A DNA stretch of 61,008 bases, the filler included, from Ionaspis alba (Eukaryota), in NCBI GenBank assembly GCA_964255285.1. It is 10 parts of 10 records of this genome, joined end to end, with 100 filler letters (N's around TTAATTAATTAA, not from the genome) between each part and the next. Parts side by side here need not be neighbours in the genome. Positions count along the whole stretch, not along the records: positions 24,550 to 30,573 come from CAXUUL010000961.1; positions 30,674 to 36,670 come from CAXUUL010000962.1; positions 36,771 to 42,764 come from CAXUUL010000963.1; 7 more parts are not named here. The stretch is one strand, 5' to 3'. Positions within the stretch are counted from its first letter, which is position 1. Each line of letters starts with the position of its first letter. The notes beneath the pieces were generated by a model. That model was not told the DNA's origin and ran no database searches. It worked only from the letters and a program-made list of their open reading frames with translations. Both the position numbers and the translations under genes were made by a program. Of the stretch, positions 27,025 through 41,231 are shown piece after piece.

Positions 27025-28111
27025 ATGGCTTCAATTAGCGGCCATGAAGTACCGCTATTCAGCGCTGTCTCTAGCTCTACACGTCAATTGTTCCTCCTCC
27101 TCCGCTGCATCAGCTTTGCCTCGAAGGCTCATGTACAGATTACTGAACACGGGCTGCGGTTCACAGCCGAAGATTCTCGAGTAATGCAAGGTCAGATCCT
27201 GCTTGAGTTCGACCTACAACACAGGTAGCTAATGTACGCCAGGTCTCGCATTCCTAGAACAGAACCTATTCACTTCGTATCACTTTTCTCCCCAAGCACC
27301 TTCCTCATCGATCACTCAGCATGAAGATTTTGAAACGCCTCCCACCTATGCCTTCCAAGTTTCTCTAGTATCCCTCCTCGAGACCCTCCAAATCTTTGGC
27401 GCCACAGAAAACAAAGACAAGTGGTCGTCCCGCGATCCTGCCTACAGCAGCATCACCAGCAGTATATCCCGTGGCGGTCCTGGTGTTGCCTTCTCCAATA
27501 ATGTTCTAGGCATGACTGGTGTGTGCCGTCTGAGCTACGCAGGAGTTGGAGAGCCTCTATGTATCGTCCTGGAAGAAGCAGGTGTTACCACAACCTGTGA
27601 ACTTGTGACTTACGAGCCGGAACTGCAGGCTGAAATACCACTGCAACGGGATGCTTTAGCACAAAAAATCATCATGCGCGCTGGTTGGCTACATGACGCT
27701 ATCACGGAACTCTCATCCGCTTCACCAACCCGTTTGACCATCATCGCATCCCCTACAACGCCTTACTTCAGTCTCTCGGCAAGCGGACCATTAGGTTCGG
27801 CATCGATCGAATTCAGCAAAGACGCACAGCTGCTGGAGACTTTCCAAGTGCCGAAACGGGTGGTCAACACGTACAAGTTTTCGTTGATTAAAGCGGCTGC
27901 CCGAGCTATGGCAATGGCATTGAAGGTTAGCATTCGCGGTGATGAGAACGGCGTGCTAAGTTTGCAGTTCATGATTGAAGTTGAGGGCGGCGCAATGAGC
28001 TTTGTGGACTTTAGGATCGTGCCTTTTATTGCTGAGGACGGGGAGGACGAGGAGGATGAGGAGGAAGAGGGAATCGCCGGGCACGGTGAGGAGAATGCCG
28101 ATGGTCATTAG
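27025..28111 (+). CDS. RAD1: 9-1-1 checkpoint clamp subunit, Rad1/Rec1/Rad17 family
   Basis: PLFSAVSSSTRQLFLLLRCI...GLRFTAEDSRVMQG; TTCELVTYEP; KVSIRGDENGVLSLQFMIE; one intron ~27191-27242; acidic tail. Confidence 0.93.
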
Positions 28112-28937
28112 GATTAATAAATGTGATGCTAACGTGGTCACTGCGAGGGAGTTTTGAATTTTGAATTTTGGATCTTGGCTCGAGCTGTAGAGGCACTGAT
28201 CCATGAAGCCTTGAATGCTAACGACTCAGCTACAGCTAATGAGAGCGAGGATATATAGAGGAATCGTGGTTATGAACCCTTCTTCGTCGGCAGACTTGGC
28301 CGCTATAGCATAGGAGAAACATTGATCCGCCATCCTGAGAAAATAGCGTTGCGGATCCTGGGCAAACTCTCTGCCTCCGGAGAGGACCTCAATTTGGTTG
28401 GCTAGCACATGATATCAGGATGTTCCGTTCCAGTCGGATCTATTACAAGGCTTCTAGTGTATCTGCTATTCCATGACTTGGAGATCCATGGTGCTGTCTT
28501 TCAAAATGAAGCAAAACAAACGATTGGTACGGCTGTAGCTCGTGAACAACTAAGCAAGCCGTACCATGCTGAGCAGATCTTCGAAAAGATCACCTTCGCA
28601 TCAAGTAATGTTGTCCAACTGTCTGACATAGCGTCGCTGCAAGGTTGCTGATTCAAGTCCGCTTTTTTGGTATGGGCCATCAAAGGAAAAACCCCCTCTC
28701 CCTCAGGAAGGTTCCTCGTACAATTTACTCCGTGCATGGAATAGCAGACATTTCTCGCAGAACCTATACCCGTCCTATCAACCTGACCAATCGGTGCGTA
28801 CAATGTAGGTGGTGCTCGCCGATCCATCTCAGGTTCTCCGACGGCATATCTTGCTTTTAAAGGCCGTGTACCCTCTCATACGCCTGCTATGCTATATTAC
28901 TCTCATCTACTGCTTGAAGAACATCTAGAGTCTCAAG

Positions 28938-30573
28938 ATGCTGCTCTTAAAATCATTGCTTGGGCTTGCTACTGCCACGCTTCTGCAACTGCCATGCCGG
29001 GCTATTGATCTTAGACACGGAAGCCTCGTTCCACAGCCTTCGCTAGCGGGCTCCTACTGTGTGGGTTGACCGAATGTAACCTGCCAAAGCAGCGCTGAAG
29101 GTGTTCATCATTAGTGTTCTCAATTGAAAGCTACGCTGGGCCAAAGGGTTTCTTTCCCCAACTCTGCGGTCTTTCAAAACGAGCAGAATGGTACGCAGGG
29201 TTACTGGTCAGCCCAAGAAGCTACAATTCTGCCGAGCTGCAGAATCAGTCCCATCGAAACGAAAGATGTCTCAATGGCCGTTGCACAGTTGGTAAAGCTC
29301 AATTGCAAGTTTGCTGTGAGAGGAGGTGGTCACATGTGGTGGGCTGGAGCAGCTAATATTCATAATGGCGTGACTATCGACCTGAGCTCAATGAATCAGG
29401 TGGAAGTTTCGCGGGACAGATCTGTCACATATGTGGGAGGAGGAGCCAGATGGCTGGACGTGTATCTAAAGCTAGATACCATGAAGCTTGCTGTGGTTGG
29501 AGGACGAGTAGCATATGTTGGGGTTGGAGGTCTTACCCTTGGTGGTAAGCACCCTGGACTTCTTGCTCACATCAGTTGGCTGATGTAGGTATAAGGAGGA
29601 AATTCTTGGTTCGCATCACAGTACGGTTTTGTCTGTGACAACGTTGCAAGTTTCGAGATTGTACTTGCTTCAGGTCGAATCGTGCATGCTAACCTTCATT
29701 CTCATCCCGATCTCTTTCGAGCTCTCAAAGGAGGTAGCAACAACTTCGGCATTGTGACCCGGTTCGACTTCAAGACATACAAGCAAGGTGAACTATGGGG
29801 TGGCTTCGTGGTCAATAAGTTCACGTCTTCGGAGGACTCGGACAGGCAGCTACAATTCTTAGAAGCATTCGGAACTGCCTCAGGAGCCGGAGTCAATGAT
29901 TATGCGGCAGTGGAGAACATCTACTCGTTCAATGCTAGTGGACCGGTGGTTCTGGCAAATATACTGATCAGCACGAACGCTGAGGCATATCCTGCTATAC
30001 TGCGGGAGTTTACGAGCGTAAAACCACAAGTCGCAAACACGTTGAGAACGACCAGCTTATCGAATCTGGCGATAGAGGCCGGCGCCGGTATATACCTTCC
30101 TATTCGATTTGCTTTCTTGTAACTGTAAGCTGATATCACTGCTTTACATAGGAATCCCGGTAAGAGCTCGGTGAGTAGTGATCTTCTACCTCTTGCTCCA
30201 AGCTCCACAATACACATTTGCCGTTCATCTAGCTAACTTTCCAGTCCTATTTGGGCAACGGCCACCTTTGTAAATAATGCAACGATCCTCGCACACGTTC
30301 TTTCCCTCATGCAAGAGGCGTTCAGGTTCCCCAGCATTGGGAATGCTTCTTTTGGGCTCACCTTCCAGCCAGTACCAAAGTCTATTACCAGGCACGCAGC
30401 ATCGTCAGGTGGCAACTCGCTGGGTCTCGGTCCAGAACAGGGGAACACTGTCTGTGAGTCTTCTAACAATACAAGTGATTCCATTGCTAGCACATCCATT
30501 GTAGCTCATTTGTCGTATATTCTTGCTTTACTATGCTTGCATATTCCGACTCAGATTCACCTCGAAACTCATG
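28938..30573 (+). CDS. Secreted FAD-linked oxidoreductase (berberine-bridge/6-HDNO-like), truncated
   Basis: Signal peptide [26 protein letters not shown] (covalent FAD His); [30 protein letters not shown]; 19-nt microexon 30152-30170. Confidence 0.92.
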
Positions 30574-30673
30574 NNNNNNNNNNNNNNNNNNNNNNNNNNN
30601 NNNNNNNNNNNNNNNNNTTAATTAATTAANNNNNNNNNNNNNNNNNNNNNNNNNNNNNNNNNNNNNNNNNNNN

Positions 30674-31713
30674 CTCCTCTTCCCCCACTGGCACCCCCAC
30701 CCATCCTGTCCTCATAACCGTCACACTATCCACATCATCCTGATCAAAATCCAAGGTAAGTTTCGCAAAGTGTCCCTTGGGCCAAGTCGCCAATCGCCAC
30801 TTCTGCACAATCTGCGTCGGCTCCTTTAGACTCACATACTCGCCCTCGACACCGCCTCCAAAGAGGACGAACTTCCCGCCGGGGTGCGCGCCCTCGAAGA
30901 TGGTGGGTGGGGAGCGGGTGAAGGCGGTTATGCGGGCGGCGTCTGTGAAGGTGGTGTAGAGCTCCGCGGCGGTGGTGCGAAATTCGGTGGTGGAGGTTAC
31001 GGTTGTGGTGTTGATTTTAGGGCCGTTGGAAGTGGATGTCGTGGTTGAGGTTGTGGATGTGGAGGAGGGTTTGGCGAGTGATTGAGTGGCGGAAGAGGAA
31101 GTGGTTTTGTTGAGCGGAGTGGAGACGCCGCTAGAGGGGTTGGAGTTCGGGGCGTGCTGGATGTCTTTGCCGTGTTCGGCGATGAGGGCGGGAGCGAGGC
31201 CGTGGAGGGCGGAGCGGAGCTGTGGGGTTAAAGATTTGCGGATCAGGTCTTTCACTGGTTGTTTGCTGTTGGTGAAGGAGGGGATGTCGATGTCGAACTA
31301 ACGGGTAGGTGGCTTTAGTGAGGGCGATGATAAAGGGGTTGGGGGACGTACGACGTACTCGTCTTCCTCGGTGTCGTGGGCGACTTCGGGGATGGTGATT
31401 GTGCCCGTGATGTCCTTTTCTTCCTCGGTTTCACCTTTTTACCTTGTTAGGACAAGTAGGAGACATGTAGGGACTATGGAAATGACAGACCTTCGAAGTC
31501 GAGTTGTAGCTTAACGTCGAAAAGGGTTATGACTTTTCCTTTCCGTTGGCTCACGTCCACATCGCCATCCATACTCGCGACATTGGTTATTATGGCAGAC
31601 ACATCTCCTTCCTTAGCGTATATCGTCGTCAGGTTCTTGTCGAGGTATTGTCTTGCCCATTCCGAGACATCCTTGTTAACCCAATGCCAATTATTGGGGT
31701 TATGTAGGACCAT
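30674..31713 (-). CDS. AHA1: Hsp90 co-chaperone Aha1 (3' end truncated)
   Basis: MVLHNPNNWHWVNKD, GDVDVSQRKGKVITLFDVKL, LIAEHGKDIQH, IVQKWRLATWP. Confidence 0.96.
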
Positions 31714-31962
31714 GTTTGCGGTAACGCGTAGATTCCAAAGCTATAGGTGGTGGTTTCTCCGGTGGTCAATCCAAAGTAGTCCCTAATAAGGCGCCTAGTC
31801 AGTTGTGGAAGAGGAGCGCGGATGGAATCATGGTGTGTTGTATATATTTGAGTTCAGGCAAAGAGGAGATCTATGCTCCAGCAATGCTAATCCGCATGAA
31901 AAGAGTACAAGTCTTCTAGGACGGGTGCCAGCAATTGTTGTTCATCATTCAAAATAGAGAGC

Positions 31963-32062
31963 NNNNNNNNNNNNNNNNNNNNNNNNNNNNNNNNNNNNNN
32001 NNNNNNNNNNNNNNNNNNNNNNNNNNNNNNNNNNNNNNNNNNNNNNNNNNNNNNNNNNNNNN
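31963..32062. other. Scaffold gap (100 N)
   Basis: Pure N run. Confidence 0.98.
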
Positions 32063-32184
32063 TAACACGTTGAAGAGAATGTCCAAGAATTTCTCATCCC
32101 ACAATCGCCAGCCCCGTTCTATATCCAAAGTTTCTCCCCAAAATGAACGTAAACTCAGTAGCATCATTACTCGTTCCAAGATGA

Positions 32185-35016
32185 TCAAGCTCCTCCAAGA
32201 CCTACGCTAGGGATTAGTACGAAGAATACTCACAGCATCTATTGCATCAAAACTTACCTGCTGCAAACGCGAGATACCAGGTCAGACTGGCGCCTCCATC
32301 CAACCAGCTCGGATCGAAATTAGGTTGGGAGAAGAAGCTGAATGCTGCTCTTGGATCGATGATGGCTAGATTGGCATATAAGATACCCCTCCATCCACCT
32401 GGAACTCTACTCGCTGGCGTGACGGCGCCGTCTCTGAAATATGCGTTCCACTCTTCAGTCACGAATTTCTTGGTTCGCGAGAGGGTGGATGCTGGAAGCA
32501 GAGGAATCATGTGAATGCTGTATGAAATCAGCAATACATCCCTTACAAAGTATCTTATCACTCCTCACCCCTGGACATATTCAAAGTTGCCGCCGAAGTA
32601 GGTGGTATGGTCAATCTTGTTCTCAAATAGCTGTATTTGTCAGCTGAGTACACGTCTGACGGTCTGAGAATACTCACGATGCCGGTAACTTTGTTATCAA
32701 TGAAATTGCGTGGCTGAACAGTATTATCACTAGCCATGAGGAAATAGTTCTGCAGGCTCCTCGCCAGGATAGAAAGCATAAGATTGCCTCGTGCTTCCAT
32801 CGAGCTATCACCGATAACCCGACCCCATAATTTCATGCCATAAGCGAACATAACATCCTCAGATGAGGACTCTTCGTCTTTTGAATCGCCAGACTCAAAG
32901 AGTCCTTTGGCCCAAGAGTGACCATGATACCAATCGAACGATCTCGAGAAGGGGAAGTAATTGTCCGAAACGGGGTTCGCGGCATCTCTGACCAACGTAT
33001 TGACCCAAGCTTTGTTCTGGTTCAGCCAGCTGGGATCAAGGTATCCAATGATGGCAGCGGCGTGGATAAAGTATCCGTAATGAAAATGATGATCATTGTA
33101 GTAGGAATTTCCAAAATCCGCACCGGGATCGTGCAAAGTGTACGAGGCGGATGAGACGACTCCCTTCCATGCCGTATCATATACCAAAGGTCTGATCTGC
33201 TGATTTGTGGCAAAGCGAGCATATGCTGTCTTGAGCTGAGCAAGGCCCTCCTGAGCCAGATTTGGCTGATTCGCAATGTCATGGATGACGTAGACAATAG
33301 ATGCGAATTTGCTGAGAGCCTTCCCACTGTAGTACATACTATCGAGGTTGGACTGAGCCCCCATATCTTGTCTGACTTCCCTAGCAGCCACATTATTGAT
33401 GGCTGCTATTGCGGCTGCGGACAAAGAAGTCCTAGGTCCAGTCTCCGGGCTCCATGGTCCGAAACCCATGCTCGTGGGCAGAGCATTCTCAACCAAAGTC
33501 CAAGAATCAGCGACTACAGCCGTTGCAGTACCTTTCGTCGTGGTCGATAGAGCGATGTTCGTAAGATGACCACGCGTATTGCCGTCGAATGACTGTAAGT
33601 GATGCGGCAGAGCAAACATGATCAAAGGTTGGCCAGTCGACAGTCCAGCCTTGGCCCAAGAAATCGTATAGCTACCAGTATTACCGTTGACGGTGCCGCG
33701 AACATTGCCGAGCACAGGGAAAACACCAGCAGATTGATCGAAACTCGCTTCGCCGGATGCTCCAGCAGGATTTCTGGCTATCTGAATATTACCATTCCAG
33801 TTTGGTGGACCTTGCAAGAGAGTATTCGAAACAAGTCTCAGGCCGGGATCTTGGCCGTTGGATGGCATAGCGTAAACCAGCCATGATTTGCCGTCTTCAA
33901 GTGTCACAATGTACTTGAACACGCCGGGACGTGGCGATCCGCCTGAAACGACGCTTCTGAAAAAGATGCTGGTCTGGACCGCAGGCTGCAAGTTGGTGTA
34001 CATTCCAGTGACGAAGCCCATGCCCTGCACAAGAGGGAACTTGATGCTTGAACCTGAGCCAGCCTGAGGTTGCAAGTTGGCATTGACAGAGAACGCCTGA
34101 AGACTGTCGGTGGTCAACACTGTGGAGCTCCCCAGCTCAGTAGCAGATAGGATCATGGACTGTATGCCAAGCGGGTTGATGAAGTAGGACACTGGAGCGC
34201 CTGGGATTGCATTATTTGGAGGACCAAATGCACGTTGATTTGCATCTATCTGAGAAATTGCCATTCCCCAGCTTCTAGCATTACCAGCACCGCGGCTCCA
34301 AGAGACGGAATAAGGATGGGTCCATACTCCTTGACCTTGATTGCCGAGGAAGAGATTGGCATAGAATTTGTTGGTAGAGATCGGAGAAGTTTGGTTGGTC
34401 TGGACAGCTTGGTCAGAGAAGTGGATGACTTGATGGAATGTGAAAACTCACAATACCCAGTCTCGGTTGTGGATGATCACCACGAGATGGAATCTGACCC
34501 GGCGGTGGCCCTGTCGTGATGCGTTGGAAGACGTCGATATCTCCTGCAGCGGCCGTCATGAAGATTTGAGAGCTTGCCATGGTGCAAACGCCGTCCGAAG
34601 TTGATGCTACTGGACTAGGTGCGAAGCTGGAAGGTACTAGAGGTGGTCTGGGCGAAGTTACAGTGCTTGTTGCAAATGGCTGGGACGTTGGGTGCCCTTG
34701 GGTTTCAAGGCTTGTAGGTATACTCTGCAAAGTCTGTAAGCAAAAGTTCGCCAGAACAGAGACAACCACCTCAGGAAAGAGGAAGACCGACTCCAGTGGT
34801 CCCAGGCTGCTTTATCAGCGAGGAGGTAGGCACTTGAGTGACTCCTGAATTTGTAGGCTGCCTGGAGATGAAGGTATCGCTCGTGAGTGATAAAATTACA
34901 GTTGCGGTTGGTTGCGGTCCGCAGGCCTGTGGTAAGGCGTATATGAGTCTGCCCCGGAAATACGTTAGTGTCAAAAGAATGCATATCAAATTCGCTTGTT
35001 TGAAAAGGACTGTCAT
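32185..35016 (-). CDS. Endo-1,3(4)-beta-glucanase, glycoside hydrolase family 81
   Basis: Signal peptide and S/T/P-rich N-terminus; SMYYSGKAL, DFGNSYYNDHHFHYGYF, HSWAKGLFESGDSKDEESSSED, WLDGGASLTWYLA; multiple introns. Confidence 0.95.
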
Positions 35017-38000
35017 TTTTGCAGAGTAGAATGAAAGTTTGACGATAGCTACGCGATGCAAATCAAGTTTCGATGACAACGAGATGTAGGCAAAGCAGAG
35101 AAGACTAGCAGGATAGCTCTAGATATATCCGAATGTTCATAAGGGGTATAGCCCACAACCCACACCAAAGCGCTGGGTTTGTCGGCGGACCAGAATCATA
35201 TGAGAGGAAGATCTTAGGACTTCAAAGTCATGTACGGACTGAAGCGATAGGCTTGGCATATAGGATGAAGAGATGACATGCCGATTAGGGCAGGTAAGCC
35301 AAGGTAGTTCATCAGAAGATCTAGGATCTGAGATGAAGCTCCATGGATGTCAAAACCCAGCCAAGGCAGGCATATCACGGGAATGGGACATATTGCGTGG
35401 CAGGGAGAGAATTTAGCCACGATGCATACCGGATTTCTTTGACAAATTCCAAAGGTGGTTGATACTCGCCGTGAGGATGCCAGGCGGAGAACGAAGGTCA
35501 ATTCTGAGCCACGTCCAACGACGACCACGAGCCAGGAGATTGTAGGGGTGCTTGAGAGCAAATGGATATTGAACAGATAGTACAGTCTCAAATGATATGG
35601 CTAAGTGCAGCAGGTCTTTGGAATTTTGATCACATTCCACAGTTCGAATAAGTGAAGAGTCGGAAAGAAGAAGTTCGTGCGACTCGGCCTCAAATAGGTT
35701 CAGCACATGGAAGAAGAGTATGATAATAGGGTTACATACTGGGCAGCTGGATCACAACACCACGGTCACACGCCTTTAACATTGAACTTGGCTGTCAAGA
35801 CGTAATAATGTACGACGATCGTGTGACTCGGCGAATCATTTGAGCTGAACGTCGGGCCGATGTAAAGCCGACCGATCCTTTAGATTAAGCGACCACCGAG
35901 ATTGGAGGACCAACCCGTAGAATGCACAAATCAAGGTCGATGCCACGAGTACCTTGCGACCGTCGTCACCAGTTAGGTATAGTGGTGTGAGACTGCGCAG
36001 GATATTGACGAGTCAAAGAAGAAGGCAGACACGTTTCTGGACCTTGGCGACCACCCCTGTGGTTGGGATATCAGCTGGAAAGGCGATAAGGGCGTGTTCC
36101 CATGCTCGAGCTGGAGCCTATGTTGACCACCACACTAGATTAGACACGAATTGTGGCCCTTGGGTTGCATTCTGTTAACTGCATAAAGAACTCAATTTGT
36201 CCGAACATCGAGATTTCAGCTCGAGCCAGCGGCATATCATGTGTATGTGTTTGTGTTTGTATATCCCTGTCCTTCCAGGAGAGCAGATTTGAGCTTCAGG
36301 ACAACCTATCATGGCATGTCCTTAGCTGCCCATGGCTTGAGCAAAGTAGAAGCTAGGTGGACCATTCTGCGTCCATCGTGATAGGCCGGTACCGTGTATG
36401 TTTGCCTTGATGGCGCTGCTCTACCAATAAGAAAGATTGAACTCCAGATATCCAGGTGTGGCGGAGCCAGTGTCAACTTGGAGCTCCATACCATTTCCAT
36501 AGGCTGGTAACACGTAGGCTCGGTGAGGCTTGCCGTCTGAAGCAACGAAAGATCACGTGGTTTCGAGAAAGTAGCCACCCGAGGGCTGAATTTCCGAGGG
36601 CTTCCTCATGGGTGTGAAGGAATTGACTACCATTGGCTGACTATTTTCCGTGAGCCAAGCCCGCAGCTCCNNNNNNNNNNNNNNNNNNNNNNNNNNNNNN
36701 NNNNNNNNNNNNNNTTAATTAATTAANNNNNNNNNNNNNNNNNNNNNNNNNNNNNNNNNNNNNNNNNNNNCTGATCTTTTTACCCTTCTCGTCATTCGTT
36801 CCCCGAGGCCCCAAGGTCCACCCTCTTCTCGAAACCTCCCCACCCCCACAACAACAACACCCCCTTCGACTGTCGTTTGCGCTTCAGAACAGACGGCCCG
36901 GGGCCACTGCCACATTACGTCTACTCTCTACAACAACTGGTCCCGCGGCTCTCACCTTTCTTCCTTCCTCCCTTCCATTCCCTCCAGTTACTTCTCTTGG
37001 AACTGTTGTTACTGCCACGGGGCAAGGCCAGATTGCGGCCGGGACTTGCTGCTGCTCCCTCGGCACGGCTTAGTCGAGCTTTCGTTCGCGCGAACAACGA
37101 ACGGCTCAGTAATGTGTTTTATAATTCCATAGATTAATTCTTTAACCCGTGCAGCGGAGCGAAGTATATCAACGAAGCCTTTGCGCCGAATCTGAGTCGT
37201 GTTTTTCCCTACTGTGTGTGTCTCTCTCTCTCTCTGGTTCGCAAAAAGGGTCTATCCTAATATTTTTGGTTTCCAATCGACTATTCGACGACGATATTGA
37301 CGGATTACGACGTTCCAAGTTTCTCTCTTCCCATACGAAAGGGTCTCCTCCAAGCAATTCAGCCCCAGTCTACTGCTACTAGTTAATACCGAGGGGGAAG
37401 AAGAAAGCTTAGCCACGACCTTCAGCTTGTGCGATGCCTCGATGATCTTGGCTGCCTAGAGCTTCGAGAAGGCTTATTCGCTCATTTGGCCTAGAGGTGT
37501 TGTCGTCACGCAGACAAAAGGTCAACCGCCGATGGTTTGTGGGACCCCACCATTCCTCAACATTCCACCCCTTGCTTCGAGGTGTCCCTCCCCACTGCGC
37601 CCTTTGGCCTGGACGACTATTTCTGGGGTACTTTACTCTTGTGTGCGCTGCTGCTGGATGCATTCTTATCAACTCTCGGCAGATCGGTTCTTCCTTACCT
37701 TACGCGCCCAAGGGGAGAAAAAATAAAATCTCTCCTCCTTCGTGAGACCTGCGCTCGTTCCCCCGTAATTCTTCAGCTTTCTCTCCTCTTCGATCCTTTG
37801 TTCAATTACCGGTAAGACCTATGACCACCATGACCCGCAAATCTCTACGGGAGCTTTGCCCTTTTCCACCATCGTTCTAATGAATTGATTCAGATTCCAA
37901 AGACTGGTTCTTGGTTCTCGTTGTTTGGATTGCTTCGACTTCCCGAGACCTCGAAGGGAACTAAAAGCCCTTAGCGCGAACGCTTTATTATCCTGCGCGA

Positions 38001-38306
38001 ACATCAAAGGGCACCTGGCTCTTTTCGTGGGAAATTTCTAGGTAGCCATATGTCCCAGAGGACATCCCATCATCGGAACGCCAGGCACTACTCAGCTCGC
38101 CTTCCATCTTTGCTCCGAAGACTCCTTTGTTGACACCAAGTTCTGGATGTAGAGCGTTCGGATCTTTTCCCCCCTTATCATCGCTCGGGCACGCCTCACT
38201 TGCGTCCCTTACGTTCGCTTGCCTTTTTTCGTGGAGCCTTGGGTTCTTCCTACATCTTTCGGCAGTCTCTTCTCTCTCCCTCGCGCAATCCCCCCACAGC
38301 CTTTCA

Positions 38307-41231
38307 ATGACGAGGATCTCCGAGCAAGCGCCCTCTGCACGTTGGAACTCTCAGGTATGTACTTCACAGCATCCTTTTTTTTTTTTTTTGCAGAGAGATT
38401 TGCACTTCTTCCAGTTCGAACCCAGTGTAGCAAGAACGATGAACAGCGTGAAGCAACAGCTAGTCACGTTCGTGTGACTAAACTCTCCCCACAGTCACTC
38501 TCGCATCAGAGTTTTGCTTAGTACCACAACTATCAGGGCATTCCGCAGATTTAGTCTAACACTTCTCTGTCTACAGCAGAAACTGGGTCCAGCCCGCGGC
38601 CTTCCAATCATTCTCGACGCTTCACCTGAAGTAGTGGACAGCGTCGAAATCGACGACGGCTACGCTCCGGACCAGGGCCTGCTGGACAGAGCCGACGTGC
38701 AGGCTGCTCTTCTGTCTATGTCAGGGTACGGGAAGCATCATACTTCTGACGCGACGGGTAAGTCATCTCTCTCTACCTTCATTCGCGATCGTGCCCACGT
38801 GTCGAAAATTGCTATCAACAGAACCACTCAACCTATCACTCTTTGAGGCGAGTCCACTAACATCCAGCCTTATTCCCAGACTATGAGACTAGCCGCCCGT
38901 TACAAGACTCCATGTATTTAGCATACGCTCAGCCTGGCTTTGCCCAGCCGCACGTGTCATCGCCTTCCTTGTCCTACCTCCGTCCGACCGATCAGGTGTC
39001 TTACGCCGCCAATGCTCTATTTCAGCCGCGTGCATTGTTCGAAGACACCCACTTAACCTTCCCTCCTCCTACCCAACGATCCCGTCAGATTCCGGAAGTC
39101 ACCTCCTACACACCCAACGAAGGGCCACAGGGTACACAGCTATTTGTACACCTGCTTTCGGCTTACGATGTCGAAGCTGCACAGCCTTCATTGGAATTCC
39201 TGGTGATGTTCGCCTCGAGACCATGTCAACCGATCTTGACGAAGATTGATTTGCAAGGTACTTATCATCAATACATGCTCACCGTTGATGCGCCTCCGTT
39301 TTCAGCCACTCGCTGGACGGGATCTCAAGTTCCCTTGCGACTCCAAGTTCAGGACGCAACGGGCTCAAATGTGGGAGTTCTAGATGTGGGAACCTTCACC
39401 TATACTGATGCTATGCATCAAACACCACGAGTCTCTTCACCAGAGGTCTCGCGCAAAAGAAAGATCTCGGTCGAGTCGGCAGAAGCACTGAGGGTACCGG
39501 CAAAGCGAACATCAAACCAGCAATTGCGCTCGAATGAAGCAGAACCATACGATGCACAGAACTATCTTCAGCAACCAATACCATCATATCTTCCACATCC
39601 ATCGTTGTCTGTCGATGCTTCGGTGGGAGGTCTTATGCCACCTTACAACAGATCTCAGAGTCAGCCTGGATACCAGCAACAAGGATCACCTAGAAGGCTC
39701 TCTCAGCATCTCTCAACCAGCTCTGGTAGTTCTATCTCGCAGATGAGAAATCCTTCTCCACAGACACCATCATGGAGTCCATCGAATACGACCGTCCACC
39801 AACCCAGCAAGAGCCCGAATCTGTCAGCCCCATCCATCACGAGAGTCTCATCCGCATCATCACCATCTAATACAGGAAATCCTCAACTAATCCGTACATC
39901 TACTCTGCAACAAACTCCGAGTCCTGCGGCAACTCCATCGGGAAGTTCTGGCCCCGCTACATTCAATCCCTATGCCATGTACCCTCACAAGGCAGTTTTG
40001 AAAATCAATGGAGAACTGGATAGCATGACAACGAATTGGACAAAGGACGAGCTCGAGGCAAAGAGGAGGTTGGTACAGTTCTGGCGCTCGCAGAGTGGAA
40101 GTACCATCAATACGACCTTCAAGCCCGTCGCGCCCGAGAACCGACCGACGAACTCGATCTGCATCAGTTGCATATGGTGGGAGTCGAAAAAGGAATACTA
40201 CGTGACGAGCGTCGATACAATCTACCTCCTCGAATCCCTCGTGGCGGTGCGATTCACCGTTGAGGAGAAAAACCGCATCCGCCGCAACCTGGAAGGATTC
40301 CGCCCCATGACCGTCTCGAAGGGCAAATCCGACAGCGAGGATTTCTTCAAACTCATCATGCAATTCCCCAATCCGAAGCCGCGCAACATTGAAAAGGATG
40401 TCAAGGTCTTCCCGTGGAAGATCCTGGCTCATGCGCTAAAAAAAATAATCAGCAAATACGTGAGTTTTTTTTTTCTTCCCTCCTTCCTTCGTCTTCTGAT
40501 CCCATGCATCCCCTCGTCACCTGCTACTTGCTCTACCCCTACACACACGCATCCCTGTCTCCATCGCATGCACGCCTTCGTAACCATACATACTAACCGC
40601 GGGGAAAAAACAACAGTCAGCCAGTTATTCCTCCACAGCCGGAGCCTTGTCCACCGCTGTGGCGCAGCATCAGCATCAGCACCCACACCACCAATCCGAT
40701 CTCGGCCTCGACCTCCTCCCAGCCGCTTCCCCACAACCTTCAGCCTCCTCCCACCATCAACGCCCCCAACCACCCAGTGGCGTCTACGCCCCAAGCTTGC
40801 GATCTGCCCTGTCGCCTGATATCGCACACGGTCGGCTGGCGGTGCCTTTTTCCTCGTCAGCTGCCCAAGGCATGATGCAGGTTTCTATGCCGACTTCTTT
40901 GGCCTCGTACCACCACCAGCAAACTGGCGCTATGCAGTACCCGTACCAGCCACCGCAGTCTCAGATGGGTGGGTCGACGGGGTCTTCGGGGTTGATGTCC
41001 GTGAGGGATGGTAATAATAATGCTGCTGTTGCGGCGGCGGCGGCAACGAGGCAGGAGTGGAATTATCCGTCTTATTTGGATACTAATCCTGCGTCGGGGC
41101 AGGGTTTGTCACAGCAGCAGCAACAACAACAACAACAGCATAGCGTCTATTACGGGCGCAACGATCCCGATGCTGAGGAGACGGCATCAAGCCAGTACCA
41201 TCAGCTGACTCATACATCATCCGCGCCTTGA
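38307..41231 (+). CDS. medA: Developmental transcriptional regulator Medusa (MedA/ACON-3)
   Basis: ICISCIWW, TSVDTIYLLESL, FTVEEKNRIRRNLEGFRP, FPNPKPRNIEKDVKVFPW...KY|SASYSST. Introns 38355-38576/38579, 38758-38867/38879 and 40460-40616. The first exon (start 38307) is inferred; the alternative start is ATG 38718. Confidence 0.92.
41113..41138 (+). repeat. (CAG/CAA)n polyglutamine tract in medA
   Basis: cagcagcagcaacaacaacaacaacag encoding Q9. Confidence 0.9.

Noticed and set aside
32203..32257. Possible 5-nt microexon or nested intron (AG-ATGCT-GTGAGT) in the last GH81 intron
   Set aside because: The upstream intron would be only ~19 nt; simple splicing of the whole intron gives the expected AGLGGA* end
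35100..36670. Long non-coding stretches (also 10300-11400, 44700-46500, 51800-52900) inspected for transposons, RNA genes and arrays
   Set aside because: No terminal repeats, transposase/RT motifs, tRNA/rRNA signatures or RIP-like AT-rich decay seen by eye; a structured ncRNA cannot be excluded without a covariance search
40460..40819. C-terminal extension of the 635-aa medA ORF (VSFFFLPS...)
   Set aside because: Read-through into intron 40460-40616; splicing restores the conserved KY|SASYSST
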